Positions 44,572 to 55,200 of a stretch of 64,000 nt of DNA are shown piece after piece (within the stretch, counting starts at the first letter, position 1; the number at the start of each line of letters is the position of its first letter). The position numbers and the translations under genes are program-made. The stretch comes from Gammaproteobacteria bacterium (GTDB lineage Bacteria > Pseudomonadota > Gammaproteobacteria > Steroidobacterales > Rariloculaceae). The notes under the pieces were generated by a model, which made no database searches, had not been told where the DNA came from, and worked only from the letters and a program-made list of their open reading frames with translations. The stretch lies in assembly GCA_036555065.1 (NCBI GenBank), contig DATBLZ010000166.1, positions 9,043 through 73,042 on the forward strand. The letters run 5' to 3'.

Positions 44572-44898
44572 ATGACCCATGATCCGACGCAGAAGCTCTT
44601 GATTCCTGTCCGGCAGTCGGAAGCCGGCGGCGTTGTCGTGGATTCCAATGGCCGCAACGTCTGGCAGTGGAAGGACGAGCAGCTCGACAGCACGTCGGTC
44701 GTGCTCCAGCGTCTCGACAACGCCTCGCTCGAGCTCGAGTCGACGCGGAAAGTACCGGTCGCGAAGGGCGAAAAAGACGCGAAGTCCCAAAAAGACTCCA
44801 AGCAACAGGACCCCAAGCGCCGCGGCACTCGCGAAACGCTGTCCGCGAGCTTCGAAGTCGATGAGGGCGGCGGCTTTGATCCGTACAACCACCGTTAA
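44572..44898 (+). CDS. hypothetical small hydrophilic protein
   Basis: 108 aa with ATG start. Codon usage is coding-like, the middle is Lys/Asp/Gln-rich and no family is recognised. Divergent from the LexA-box gene. Confidence 0.4.
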   Translation: MTHDPTQKLLIPVRQSEAGGVVVDSNGRNVWQWKDEQLDSTSVVLQRLDNASLELESTRKVPVAKGEKDAKSQKDSKQQDPKRRGTRETLSASFEVDEGGGFDPYNHR

Positions 44899-44941
44899 GG
44901 GCTTCCGCTAGGGCCTCTCCGCCCTCCGTTCAATCCGTTCG

Positions 44942-45014
44942 CGCGCCAAGTGGGTGCAATACACGCACCAACGTAGTGCGCTGACGCTTCGTTCACCCGC
45001 ACCCATTTAGCGCA
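44942..45014 (+). promoter_or_regulatory. candidate NtrC upstream activating sites (three GCAC-N7-GTGC-type dyads)
   Basis: CGCGCCAAGTGGGTGCA (44942-58), CGCACCAACGTAGTGCG (44964-80) and CGCACCCATTTAGCGCA (44998-45014). Each resembles TGCACCAnnnTGGTGCA. They lie 30-100 bp upstream of the sigma-54 promoter. Confidence 0.4.
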
Positions 45015-45041
45015 AGCCTTGATCTCGCGGGCTCCTTGGCT

Positions 45042-45057
45042 TGGCACGGAAGCTGCA
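45042..45057 (+). promoter_or_regulatory. sigma-54 (-24/-12) promoter of the porin-glnK-amtB operon
   Basis: TGGCACGGAAGCTGCA compares with TGGCAC-N5-TTGCA. Lies 52 nt upstream of ATG 45109. Confidence 0.6.
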
Positions 45058-45108
45058 GTGGCCGGCCTTGTCTACACACAACGCGCAACTTCAAGGAGAC
45101 CACGCGCC

Positions 45109-45798
45109 ATGTACAAGAAGATTCTAGCCACTTCGGCGTTGCTCACAACCGCAGCCATTCCCGCCGTTACGTTGGCCGATGCCAGTGCCAACGCCGGCTG
45201 GTCGAGTGAGTACATTTTCCGCGGCATCTTTCAGGAAGATTCCTCGGCCTATGCCGGTATCGACTATGCCACCGACAGCGGCCTCTATGTTGGCACGTGG
45301 GGCGCTGACGTTGGTCTCGGTCTGGAAACGGACCTGTATTTCGGTTTTGCAGGCGGTGAGGACTTTACCTACAAGATCGGCTTCACGGGGTACTACTACA
45401 CCGACGATTTCGACGATACCTACCAGGAGGTCAATCTCGGCGTCGGCTACGGCATTTTCGCCCTAGACGTTGCGATCGGCGAGTGGGACGGGTTCGGCAC
45501 GCCGTACGACTACACGTTCACGTCAATCACGATTTCGCCGGAGAAGGGCCCCTATTACAAGTTCGCCACTTGGGGCGATGACTTCGGAGATTTCCTCACC
45601 ACCGGCGACCCCGAATATTTCGAGATCGGCTACGTGCACAGTCTCGAAGATCTCGGCGTCGATTTGTCGATTGCGGTCACGTTCAGCGACGATCTCGTCG
45701 TCGCGAACCCGGATGACTTCGTCGGTACAGTCGAGGCACTAGCCGACTATGCCCTCGTTTTTGGCGTCAAGAAGACCTTCGGAATCGGCGGAGAGTGA
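45109..45798 (+). CDS. TorF-family putative outer-membrane porin
   Basis: 229 aa from ATG 45109, preceded by an AAGGAGA RBS. Signal peptide (LLTTAAIPAVTLADA). Aromatic/Gly-rich beta-strand repeats (YIFRGI, GLYVGTWGAD, YFGFAGG, GFTGYYYTD). Confidence 0.65.
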   Translation: MYKKILATSALLTTAAIPAVTLADASANAGWSSEYIFRGIFQEDSSAYAGIDYATDSGLYVGTWGADVGLGLETDLYFGFAGGEDFTYKIGFTGYYYTDDFDDTYQEVNLGVGYGIFALDVAIGEWDGFGTPYDYTFTSITISPEKGPYYKFATWGDDFGDFLTTGDPEYFEIGYVHSLEDLGVDLSIAVTFSDDLVVANPDDFVGTVEALADYALVFGVKKTFGIGGE

Positions 45799-46170
<372 letters not shown>

Positions 46171-46193
46171 GCCACTCTAAGAGGAAAACAAAG

Positions 46194-47636
46194 ATGAAAG
46201 CTTTGCAAAAACTAGCCGCCGCGGCGCCAGCCCTGCGGCCGATGCATTGGCTCACCGCGATAGTCGCGGCCTTAGGACCGGCCCTCGCGTTCGCGCAGGA
46301 TGTGCCCGTTCCCGATAAGGGCGATACGGCGTGGATGCTGACGTCGACGGCGCTGGTGCTGGCGATGTCCGTGCCGGCGCTCGCATTGTTTTATGGCGGA
46401 CTCGTCCGCAGCAAGAACATGCTGTCGGTGCTCATGCAGGTGTTCGTAACGTTCTCGCTGATCACGGTGCTCTGGTGCGTGTACGGCTATTCGCTCGCGT
46501 TCACGGCCGGCAACCCGTTCTTCGGCGGACTCGATCGGCTGTTCTTGAAGGGTACCTTCGATTCGGCCACGGGTATCTTTTCGATGGCGGCTACGTTCAG
46601 CAAGGGCGTCTATATACCCGAGCTCGTCTTCGTGGGGTTCCAAGCGACGTTTGCTGCGATCACGTGCTGCCTGATCCTTGGGTCCATCGTCGAGCGCATC
46701 AAGTTCTCCGCGGTGTTGCTCTTCATGGTGCTCTGGTTCACGTTTAGCTACGCGCCAGTCGCGCACATGGTGTGGTTCTGGATGGGGCCGGACGCATACA
46801 CGGCGGAGCCCGGCGTCGCACAAGCGATGGACGCGCTCGCTGGCAAGATCTGGCTGTGGGGTGCCCTCGACTTCGCGGGCGGCACGGTCGTCCACATCAA
46901 CGCCGGTGTCGCAGGCCTCGTCGGCGCGTTCGTGCTCGGCAAGCGCGTGGGGCTAGGCCGAGAGGCGATGGCGCCGCACAACTTGACGATGACGATGATC
47001 GGCGCGTCGTTGCTGTGGTTCGGCTGGTTCGGATTCAACGCGGGATCGGCGCTCGAGGCAGGCAATTTCGCAGCTCTCGCGTTCATGAACACATTCCTCG
47101 CGACGGCATGCGCGGTGCTGAGCTGGATGTTCGCCGAGTGGCTCTTCAAGGGTAAGCCTTCGATGCTCGGTGCCGCCTCAGGCGCAGTCGCGGGTCTGGT
47201 CGCCATTACCCCGGCCGCAGGCAACGTCGGGATTCCCGGCGCGTTCGTGATCGGTCTTGCGGCTGGCGTCGTGTGTCTGTGGGGCTGCACGGGCCTGAAG
47301 AAGATGATCGGCGCAGACGACGCGCTCGACGTTTTCGGCGTCCACGCGATTGGCGGTATCTTGGGCGCGCTCCTAACCGGGGTGTTCAATCACCCGAGTC
47401 TCGGCGGTCCTGGTCTCGTGGCGGACTGGGTCACGGCTGCAGCGACCTCGCGCGGCATCGGCGCGCAGCTCTGGATTCAGGCTAAAGCCGTTGGTCTCGT
47501 GACGTTCTGGACGGCGATCGTCGCGTTTATCTCCTTCTACATCGTGAAGCTCGTCATCGGGCTGCGCGTGAGCGAGGAGCACGAGCGCGAAGGGCTCGAC
47601 ATCACGGCGCATGGCGAGCGTGCGTATACGGGTTGA
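46194..47636 (+). CDS. amtB: ammonium transporter
   Basis: 480 aa from ATG 46194 with a signal peptide and 11 TM helices. Amt signatures DFAGGTVVHINAG and LDVFGVHAIGGILGALLTG. Confidence 0.95.
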   Translation: MKALQKLAAAAPALRPMHWLTAIVAALGPALAFAQDVPVPDKGDTAWMLTSTALVLAMSVPALALFYGGLVRSKNMLSVLMQVFVTFSLITVLWCVYGYSLAFTAGNPFFGGLDRLFLKGTFDSATGIFSMAATFSKGVYIPELVFVGFQATFAAITCCLILGSIVERIKFSAVLLFMVLWFTFSYAPVAHMVWFWMGPDAYTAEPGVAQAMDALAGKIWLWGALDFAGGTVVHINAGVAGLVGAFVLGKRVGLGREAMAPHNLTMTMIGASLLWFGWFGFNAGSALEAGNFAALAFMNTFLATACAVLSWMFAEWLFKGKPSMLGAASGAVAGLVAITPAAGNVGIPGAFVIGLAAGVVCLWGCTGLKKMIGADDALDVFGVHAIGGILGALLTGVFNHPSLGGPGLVADWVTAAATSRGIGAQLWIQAKAVGLVTFWTAIVAFISFYIVKLVIGLRVSEEHEREGLDITAHGERAYTG

Positions 47637-47664
47637 CGGGCTAAATTTCTAGTCGCGCAAAAGC

Positions 47665-47694
47665 AAACGCCGCTCCCGAGAGGGAGCGGCGTTT
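47665..47694. terminator. bidirectional rho-independent terminator
   Basis: AAACGCCGCTCCC-GAGA-GGGAGCGGCGTTT forms a 13-bp stem with T-rich tracts on both strands. Lies between the convergent amtB and OMP genes. Confidence 0.75.
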
Positions 47695-47735
47695 CTCATT
47701 CAAGATCGCGGCTAGAGCCGCTCGTGCAGAGTCGA

Positions 47736-48368
47736 TTAGCGACGCTGGCGCAGTTGGTTCGTCTCTTTGGTCGGATAGAAGCGAATGCCCACGCTCCACG
47801 AGGTCACGTTCTCCTCGTTCTCCTTGATCTCCATCGTGATCGCCGCGACGTCGGTCATGTGGAGATCGAACCCCGCGATGACCGAAGCTTCGCCGATGAT
47901 GCCCGACATGGCCGTGCTGACGACGTCGGCATACTCGGCGCCGACGCGGACTTCGAACGTGTCGGCGAAGCGGAGGCGCGCGCCGCCGATGACCACTGCG
48001 CCTTCCTCCTGCATGTTTCCCGTGCCGACGTCGAGATCCAGGGACCGGAATCCGACGCCGCCGTAGAGGCTCCAGCGTTGGCCGAATTTGCCGGCCTTGC
48101 CGAGGCCGATGGTCTTTGCGACGGAGCCCGGGTCACCGACGACGGGATCATCCATCTCCCAGGCGTGGTAGTCGCCGAACATGAAGTAACGGCTGCTGAA
48201 GTCGATTGAGAACTTGGCGCCGAAACCACTCGAATCGTCCCCCGGACCGGCCAAGTCCCACGTCGAGGCGAGGTAGTCGAAATCGAAGTAGTCGTAGCTG
48301 ACCTCGTTGTCCTGGGCGAGCGCGACACCCGGGACAAACAGCGCAAGCGCGAGTATTCGCTTCATCAT
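47736..48368 (-). CDS. outer-membrane beta-barrel (OmpA-like/Opacity-type 8-strand) protein
   Basis: 210 aa from ATG 48368 with signal peptide (LALALFVPGVALAQ). Alternating aromatic beta-strands and a terminal region ...SVGIRFYPT. Confidence 0.6.
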   Translation of the reverse strand: MMKRILALALFVPGVALAQDNEVSYDYFDFDYLASTWDLAGPGDDSSGFGAKFSIDFSSRYFMFGDYHAWEMDDPVVGDPGSVAKTIGLGKAGKFGQRWSLYGGVGFRSLDLDVGTGNMQEEGAVVIGGARLRFADTFEVRVGAEYADVVSTAMSGIIGEASVIAGFDLHMTDVAAITMEIKENEENVTSWSVGIRFYPTKETNQLRQRR

Positions 48369-48444
48369 GGCGGGCAAACTCCTTGAGAATTCAAGCAATA
48401 TCCTGGCACAGGCCCCCAGGGGGCAATGCGACATAAGTCACATT

Positions 48445-49203
48445 CTACAGCCTAAGCCCGCCGTCGACCTCGATGACCCGGCCGTTCAGATAGTCGTTCT
48501 CGAGGATATATAGGAGCGTATGGGCGATTTCGTGCGGCTCGCCGAGCCGGCCGGCCGGGACCAGTGCCGCGGTCTTCGCCAGCGCTTCGGGCTTCATTGC
48601 GGCCAGGATCTCCGTGCGCACGAAGCCCGGGGCGATCGCGTTGACCCGAATCCCGTGGCGCGCGAGCTCCTTCGCCCAAACGACCGTGAGCGCGGCGACG
48701 CCGGCTTTGGCCGCCGAGTAGTTGCTCTGCCCGAAGTTGCCGTGCCGCGAGATACTCGAAATGTTGACGATGCATCCGCCGCGGCCGAGCCGCACCATGC
48801 GCTCGGCGGCCTCGCGTCCGCACAGAAACACGCCCGTGAGGTTGACGTCGATGACGGCTTGCCAATTCTGCAGCGACAGCTTGTCCTGAACGACGCCGTC
48901 TTTGGCCTTGACGAGCAAGCCGTCGCGGAGGATGCCGGCGTTGGCAACGGACACGTCGAGCGCGCCGAAATCGGCGGTGACGCGTTCGTACAGAGCGATC
49001 ACCTCGCTTTCGGCGGCGACGTCGACTGTGTAGGCACGTGCCGTCGTAGTCGCGGCGAGCTCCGCGCGCACGCCGGCGAGCGCCGCGGCGTCGCGATCGA
49101 CGAGCGCGAGAGCGCAGCGCCGTGCGGCGAGCGCACGCGCCATCGCGGCACCGAGCCCGCGCGCGGCGCCCGTGATCAGCGCAACTTTGTCGTTGAGGTC
49201 CAC
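48445..49203 (-). CDS. SDR-family oxidoreductase (FabG-like)
   Basis: About 252 aa with TGAARGLG cofactor motif, NISS and the YSAAK catalytic motif. The start is uncertain (GTG 49203 or TTG 49230). Confidence 0.85.
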   Translation of the reverse strand: MDLNDKVALITGAARGLGAAMARALAARRCALALVDRDAAALAGVRAELAATTTARAYTVDVAAESEVIALYERVTADFGALDVSVANAGILRDGLLVKAKDGVVQDKLSLQNWQAVIDVNLTGVFLCGREAAERMVRLGRGGCIVNISSISRHGNFGQSNYSAAKAGVAALTVVWAKELARHGIRVNAIAPGFVRTEILAAMKPEALAKTAALVPAGRLGEPHEIAHTLLYILENDYLNGRVIEVDGGLRL

Positions 49204-49271
49204 GAGTGTGTGTGTCCAATCATGCCACAAACTGCGGTATGCTCCCCGGCCGTATCGCCGCCTGCCGCCGC

Positions 49272-49664
49272 ATGATTTTTTCGCGCCACCTCTTCGACCA
49301 AATCGCGATCGCGCTGTCCGGCGTGTGCCTCGTTCATTGCCTCGCGGTCCCCTTGCTCGTCGCGTTCCTGCCGCTCGCCGCGATCTCGTTCGGCTCGGAG
49401 ACGCATTTTCACAGCCTCATGCTGTGGTTCGTCGTGCCGACGAGCATCGTCGGCCTCGGGCTCGGTCTGCACGCCCATCGTCACATCTGGATCGTATTGC
49501 TCGGCGCATTGGGTGTTTCCGTGCTCGCCGCAGCGGCGCTCTGGGGACATACGGCCTGGGCCACGAGCGTCGAGGTCGGCGTCAGCGTGCTCGGCAGTCT
49601 CGTTCTCGCGGCCGCCCACTGGCTGAACTTCCGCGAGGTTCGCCGGCCCCACCGGCACACCTGA
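49272..49664 (+). CDS. MerC-domain membrane protein
   Basis: 130 aa from ATG 49272 with four TM helices. Contains an N-terminal CLVHC metal-binding-type motif. Confidence 0.7.
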   Translation: MIFSRHLFDQIAIALSGVCLVHCLAVPLLVAFLPLAAISFGSETHFHSLMLWFVVPTSIVGLGLGLHAHRHIWIVLLGALGVSVLAAAALWGHTAWATSVEVGVSVLGSLVLAAAHWLNFREVRRPHRHT

Positions 49665-51141
49665 GGCGGCGTGTTTCGATGCGGCCGTCGGCAATCTCGG
49701 CAACGTTCGTGTAGTCGATATCGAGAGCCCCCGTGTGCGAGACGCACACGAGCTGGAGCCCGCTCGCCATCGCTGCTGTGAGAACGCGGCAGACGAGCGA
49801 GCGCGTGGCCGCGTCGAGGCCTTGCCAGGGCTCGTCGAGCAGCAGTAAACGCGGCCGGTTGATGAGCGAGCGCGCAAGGAGCACACAATGCATCTGACCG
49901 TAGGAGAGCGTCGTTAGCGGCCGAGCTGCGAAATTCTCGAGCGCGAACCGCTCGAGCAGCTCGCGCGTCGCGTCTTCTTCGTCGGCCGCGAGCCTGCGCG
50001 TGAGGCCGATACTCGAGTCGAGGCCCGACGCAATGCACTCGCGAACCGTTGCCGCGTATCGGTACTCCGCCTGCAGCTCCGCCGAGACGTAGCCGATCTG
50101 CCGACGCAACCGCCAGACGTTGGGCCAACCGTCGCGGCTGGCGCCGCTCCGACGAGAATCCCGGCTGCTCCCACGCGGGTCTTCGAGGGCCGGCCACCGC
50201 AACGTCCCGCCGCGCGCGGGGCGCAATTGGCCGTGAAGAAGTCTGAGAAAAGTGGTCTTGCCCGCTCCGTTCCTGCCGGTGATGAGCCAGTGCTCGCCGG
50301 ATTCGAGCCGCCAGCACACGTCTGCGAGAATGCGGCGGCCGCCGAGCCAAACGTCCGCGTGCTCCATCTCGACGAGCGCCGGCTCCGAGCTAGACGCGCG
50401 CGCATTGAAAGCATGCGTTCCGTGCTCGGTCGTTGCGGCGCCTGCGCCCACGAATTGCGCACGTGAGCCGCGCGCCGCGATGGCGCCGGCGGCGAGCATG
50501 AGCACGTCGCTCACGGCTCCCGGCAGATCGCCGGCTGCGTGCGCGGAAATCACGACCGCCGTCGTCGCCGCGGCGCGCGCGATGAGCTCGTTCAAGTCGG
50601 CGCGAGCGCTGGCGTCGAGCCCGCTCGCAGGCTCGTCGAGCAGCAAAATGCGCGGCGCGAACGCGAGCGCACGCGCGATGAGCACGCGCCGCTGCTCGCC
50701 GCGCGAGAGCTCGAGGAAGCGCCGCGCGGCGAGGTGGCCGAGCTTGAGCTCCTGCAAGAGCGCGCCGACGCGATTGCGGTCGGTTGCCGCGGCGTTCCGG
50801 CGTGGAATGTCGGTGCGCGTCGTCCCCGAAAGCACGACGTCCTCGACCCTGAAGTTCCAGCCGCGGCCGACGTAGCGATCCTGGAGCTCGTGCCCGACGA
50901 GCGTGATGGCGCGGCGCGCTTCGACGGCGTCGCTCTGTGGGCCCCGACCGAAATCGTAGGTGCGCGAGCCTCGGTGCGGCGCCGGCCAGAGCTCGCCGGC
51001 GACGAGGGCGAGAAACGTGGATTTGCCGCTGCCATTCGCGCCGATGACGCCCCAGCACGTGCCGGGCTCGAGCCGCCAATCGATGCCGCGCAGGATCGTC
51101 GTACCGGCGATTTTCACATCGACATTGTCGAGTTGGACCAT
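49582..51141 (-). CDS. modF: ModF-like tandem ABC ATPase (two NBDs, no TMD)
   Basis: 519 aa from ATG 51141. Walker A appears twice (GANGSGKST, GRNGAGKTT) and Walker B twice (LLLLDEPASGLD, LLLLDEPWQGLD). Collinear with E. coli ModF by eye. Confidence 0.8.
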   Translation of the reverse strand: MVQLDNVDVKIAGTTILRGIDWRLEPGTCWGVIGANGSGKSTFLALVAGELWPAPHRGSRTYDFGRGPQSDAVEARRAITLVGHELQDRYVGRGWNFRVEDVVLSGTTRTDIPRRNAAATDRNRVGALLQELKLGHLAARRFLELSRGEQRRVLIARALAFAPRILLLDEPASGLDASARADLNELIARAAATTAVVISAHAAGDLPGAVSDVLMLAAGAIAARGSRAQFVGAGAATTEHGTHAFNARASSSEPALVEMEHADVWLGGRRILADVCWRLESGEHWLITGRNGAGKTTFLRLLHGQLRPARGGTLRWPALEDPRGSSRDSRRSGASRDGWPNVWRLRRQIGYVSAELQAEYRYAATVRECIASGLDSSIGLTRRLAADEEDATRELLERFALENFAARPLTTLSYGQMHCVLLARSLINRPRLLLLDEPWQGLDAATRSLVCRVLTAAMASGLQLVCVSHTGALDIDYTNVAEIADGRIETRRLRCAGGAGEPRGSSASGRPRERDCRAR

Positions 51142-51195
51142 GGCTCGTTGCTTGTGCCGCGGCACGCTGCGCGCGAGTACATTAACATCCCTCCC

Positions 51196-52185
51196 ATGCA
51201 GAACGTCGTGCCGACGATCGATGACGTTGTGGCGGCGAGTCAGCGGCTCGGCGGCTGGCTTCTCGATACACCCGTGCTCGAGTCGGAGCAGCTCAACGAG
51301 CTTTGCGGCGTGCGCGTTCTCGTCAAGGCCGAATCCCTGCAGCTCGGCGGCAGTTTCAAGATCCGCGGTGCATTGAATCGCATGCTTTCCTTGAGCTACG
51401 ACGAGCGGCGGAACGGCGTCGTTGCCTATTCATCGGGGAATCACGCTCAGGCCGTCGCGCTCGCCGCGAAGTGGTTGGGCGTGCGCGCCACGGTCGTCAT
51501 GCCAAAAGATGCGCCCGAGACGAAGACGCAGCGCGCGCGGGAGCTCGGCGCGGAAATCGTCTCCTACGATCGCTACCGCGACGATCGGGAGAAGATGGCC
51601 GGCGACATCGTCGCGGCGCGCGGGGCCGTGCTCGTGCCGCCGTTCGACCACGCCGACGTGGTCGCGGGCCAGGGGACCGTGGGTCTCGAGCTTGCGGCTG
51701 CCGCGCGCGCGCGCAACATCGAGCTCAAGGACGTCTACGTGCCGTGCAGCGGCGGCGGACTCGTCGCCGGGTGCGCACTTGCGCTCCGCGCCGCGTATCG
51801 CGACTGCGCCGTCCATGCCGTCGAGCCCGAAGGCTATGACGACATGGCGAAGTCGCTCGCCGCGGGCACGCGGCAGTTCGTCGGCCCGTCACGGCGAACG
51901 GTTTGCGATGCCCTGCAGGCCGCAGCACCCGGCGCCATTCCGTTTGCGATCGCGAAGGACCTGCTTGCCGGGGGCGTCAGCGTCGACGACGGCGAGGTCA
52001 TGCGCGCGGTCGCCTTTGCAGCGACTCACCTCAAGCTCGTTGCCGAGCCTTCGGGCGCCGTCGGACTTGCCGCCGTGCTCAAGCAACCGCGGCGCTCCTC
52101 CGGGGCGATCGCGATCGTCGTCAGCGGCGGCAACGTCGACGCCAGCCTGCTGCGTCGCGCGCTCGATGCGCACCCGAACGTCTAA
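51196..52185 (+). CDS. PLP-dependent threonine/serine dehydratase (serine racemase-like fold type II)
   Basis: 329 aa from ATG 51196. PLP-lysine motif LQLGGSFKIRGA, plus SSGNHAQAVA and a GGGL loop. Confidence 0.85.
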   Translation: MQNVVPTIDDVVAASQRLGGWLLDTPVLESEQLNELCGVRVLVKAESLQLGGSFKIRGALNRMLSLSYDERRNGVVAYSSGNHAQAVALAAKWLGVRATVVMPKDAPETKTQRARELGAEIVSYDRYRDDREKMAGDIVAARGAVLVPPFDHADVVAGQGTVGLELAAAARARNIELKDVYVPCSGGGLVAGCALALRAAYRDCAVHAVEPEGYDDMAKSLAAGTRQFVGPSRRTVCDALQAAAPGAIPFAIAKDLLAGGVSVDDGEVMRAVAFAATHLKLVAEPSGAVGLAAVLKQPRRSSGAIAIVVSGGNVDASLLRRALDAHPNV

Positions 52186-52247
52186 ATGGACCATAATAGC
52201 GACGCGCTGTCGGTCCGCGGGGTGGGGCACTGGGCTTAGGCGTTCGA

Positions 52248-55200
52248 ATGCAGCTACGTAACATCAGCAGCCTAGACGAGTGCTACCGGTTCGAATCGGA
52301 CACGCTTTATCTCACGGGACTGCAGGCACTCGTACGCTTGCTGTTGATGCAGCGACGCCGCGATGCGGCCGCAGGCCTCGACACTGCGGGCTTCGTCTCC
52401 GGCTACCGCGGGTCGCCGCTCGGCGGCCTCGATCGCGAGCTCTGGCGCGCTCGCCAGTTTCTCGAGCCCGCGAGCATTCGCTTCCAGCCCGGGCTCAACG
52501 AGGACCTCGCCGCAACGTCGATTTGGGGCACGCAGCAAGTCGGCCTATTCCCGGGCAGCCGCCACGACGGCGTCTTTGCGCTCTGGTACGGCAAAGGCCC
52601 GGGCGTGGATCGCTCGGGCGACGCATTCAAGCACGGTAACGCGGCCGGCACGGCCAAGTACGGCGGTGTGCTCGTCGCTGCAGGCGACGACCACACGTGC
52701 AAGTCTTCGACTCTGCCGCATCAGAGCGAGTACGCGTTCATCGACGCGATGATGCCGGTTTTGAACCCGGCCGACGTCCAGGAGCTCGTCGATCTCGGCA
52801 TACTCGGGTTCGCGCTCTCGCGCTTCAGCGGCTGCTGGGTCGGATTCAAGGTCATCCAAGAGACAGCCGACGCAACGCAGACCGTTGCGCTCGCGCGCGC
52901 CGAGGTCCGCATTCTGACGCCCGAGCTCGAGATGCCTCCGGGCGGGCTCAACATTCGCTGGCCGGACCCGCCGAACGATCAGGAATTCCGCCTGCAACGC
53001 TACAAGCTCAATGCGGCGCTCGCCTTCGCACGCGCGAACCAAATGAATCGCACCGTCATCGACTCGCGAGCGCCAGAGCTCGGTATCGTGACGACGGGCA
53101 AGGCGCACCTCGACGTGCTCCAGGCGCTCGAGGATCTCGGGATCTCGCGGCGCCGGGCCGGGGAGATCGGCATCAAGCTCTTCAAGGTCGGCATGAGCTG
53201 GCCGCTCGAGCCCGACGGCATTCGCGCGTTCGCCGAGGGGCTTCCCGAGATCATCGTCGTCGAGGAGAAACGCGGCGTCGTCGAGAGCCAGCTCAAGGAG
53301 CAGCTCTACAACTGGCAGGCGCGGCTGCGCCCGCTGATCATCGGCAAGCAAGACGAGCAGGGCGAATGGATCCTGCCGCCGAGCGGCGAGCTCACGCCGG
53401 CGCGCATTGCGCGCGTGCTCGCACGGCGCATGGAAAGGTTCTATTCGAGCCCCGACGTCGCCGAGCGCGTGCGTTTTCTGGAGCTCCAGGAGAAACACCT
53501 GGCCGCCATTCCCAGGGATACGCGCCGGCTCCCGCACTTCTGCTCCGGTTGCCCGCACAACACCTCGACGCGCGTGCCCGAAGGCAGCCGCGCGATCGCC
53601 GGAATCGGCTGCCATTACATGGCTGCCTGGATGGACCGCGACACGATCACGTTCACGCAGATGGGCGGCGAAGGCGTCACGTGGATCGGTCAAGCGCCTT
53701 TCACGACGACGCCGCACGTGTTTCAGAACTTGGGCGACGGCACGTACGCGCATTCGGGGCTGCTCGCGATTCGTGCCGCCGTCGCTGCGGGCGTCAACAT
53801 CACTTACAAGATTCTCTTCAACGATGCGGTCGCGATGACGGGTGGGCAGCCTGTCGAAGGGGGCTTCACGGTCGCGAATGTCGCGCAGCAGCTCGTTGCC
53901 GAAGGCGTAGCACCCATCATGATCGTCAGCGACGATCCCGAGAAGCACGCCGGCAACCGCGAGCTGCCGGGCAGCGTGTCGGTGCACGACCGCCGCGAGC
54001 TCGATCGGCTCCAGCGCGAGCTCCGCGAGAAGCCGGGCGTCTCGGCGATCATTTACGACCAGACGTGCGCCGCGGAGCTGAGGCGCAAGCGCAAGCGCGG
54101 CATCGTGGCTGCGCCGAATCGGCGCGTCGTCATCAACGATCTCGTCTGCGAAGGCTGCGGTGATTGCAACGTCCAGTCGAACTGCCTTTCCGTGATGGCG
54201 CACGAGACCGAGTTCGGGCGCAAGCGGCACATCAACCAATCCGCGTGCAACCAGGACTTCAGCTGCTTGGAAGGGTTCTGCCCGAGCTTCGTGACGCTCG
54301 AAGGCGCGACGCGCAACCCGCCACGGCCGCTCGCGGGCGAAATGCTGCCGAACCTGCCGGCGCCGACGCCCGCCGACTTAGGCTCCGCCTACAACATTTT
54401 GATCGCCGGCATCGGTGGCACGGGAGTCGTCACGGCGAGCGGGCTCATCGGTCTTGCCGCGCACCTCGAAGGCAGGGTCGTGCTGCAGCTCGATCAGACG
54501 GGTCTTGCGCAGCGTTTCGGCGCGGTGCTTTCGCACGTGCGCATCGCCGCCGACCGCGAGCGCGTCCACGGCATGCGCACGCCGGCGGGGCACGTCGATC
54601 TTCTGCTCGGCGCCGACCTCATGGTGGCCGCCGACACCGACTCGCTCTCCATGCTCGCGCCGGACCGTTCGACGGTCATCGTCAACACGCACGAGGAGAT
54701 GCCGCCGAACTTTATTCGCGATCGCGATTTTCAGTTTCCGAGCGCGCTGCTGCTGGATGAGCTCCGCAGCCGTTGCCGCGCGGATCGGCTTTACAAAATC
54801 GAAGCCACGCGGCTCGCGTCGGCGCTGCTCGGCGACAGCATAGGCGCCAACGTTTTCATGCTCGGGTTCGCGTTTCAACGAGGTCTGTTGCCGCTGACTG
54901 GCGCATCGCTCTATCGCGCACTCGAGCTCTATGGGGTCAACGTCACCGAGAATAAGCTCGCGTTCGATTGGGGGCGCTACGCAGCCGAGAATCCGCGCGA
55001 AGTCGAGGATCTTGCGAGCGGAACAACCGACGAGAGCGTGCCGCGATCGCGTTCGCTCGCAGAGACCGTGGCGCGCCGTGCCGCGTTTCTCGAAGACTAC
55101 CAAGACAAGGCGTACGCGGATCGGTATCGGGAACGAGTCGCGCAGATTACGGCGCTCGAGACGCGAGCTGTACCGGGGAGTCAGCGTCTTGCGGAGGCCG

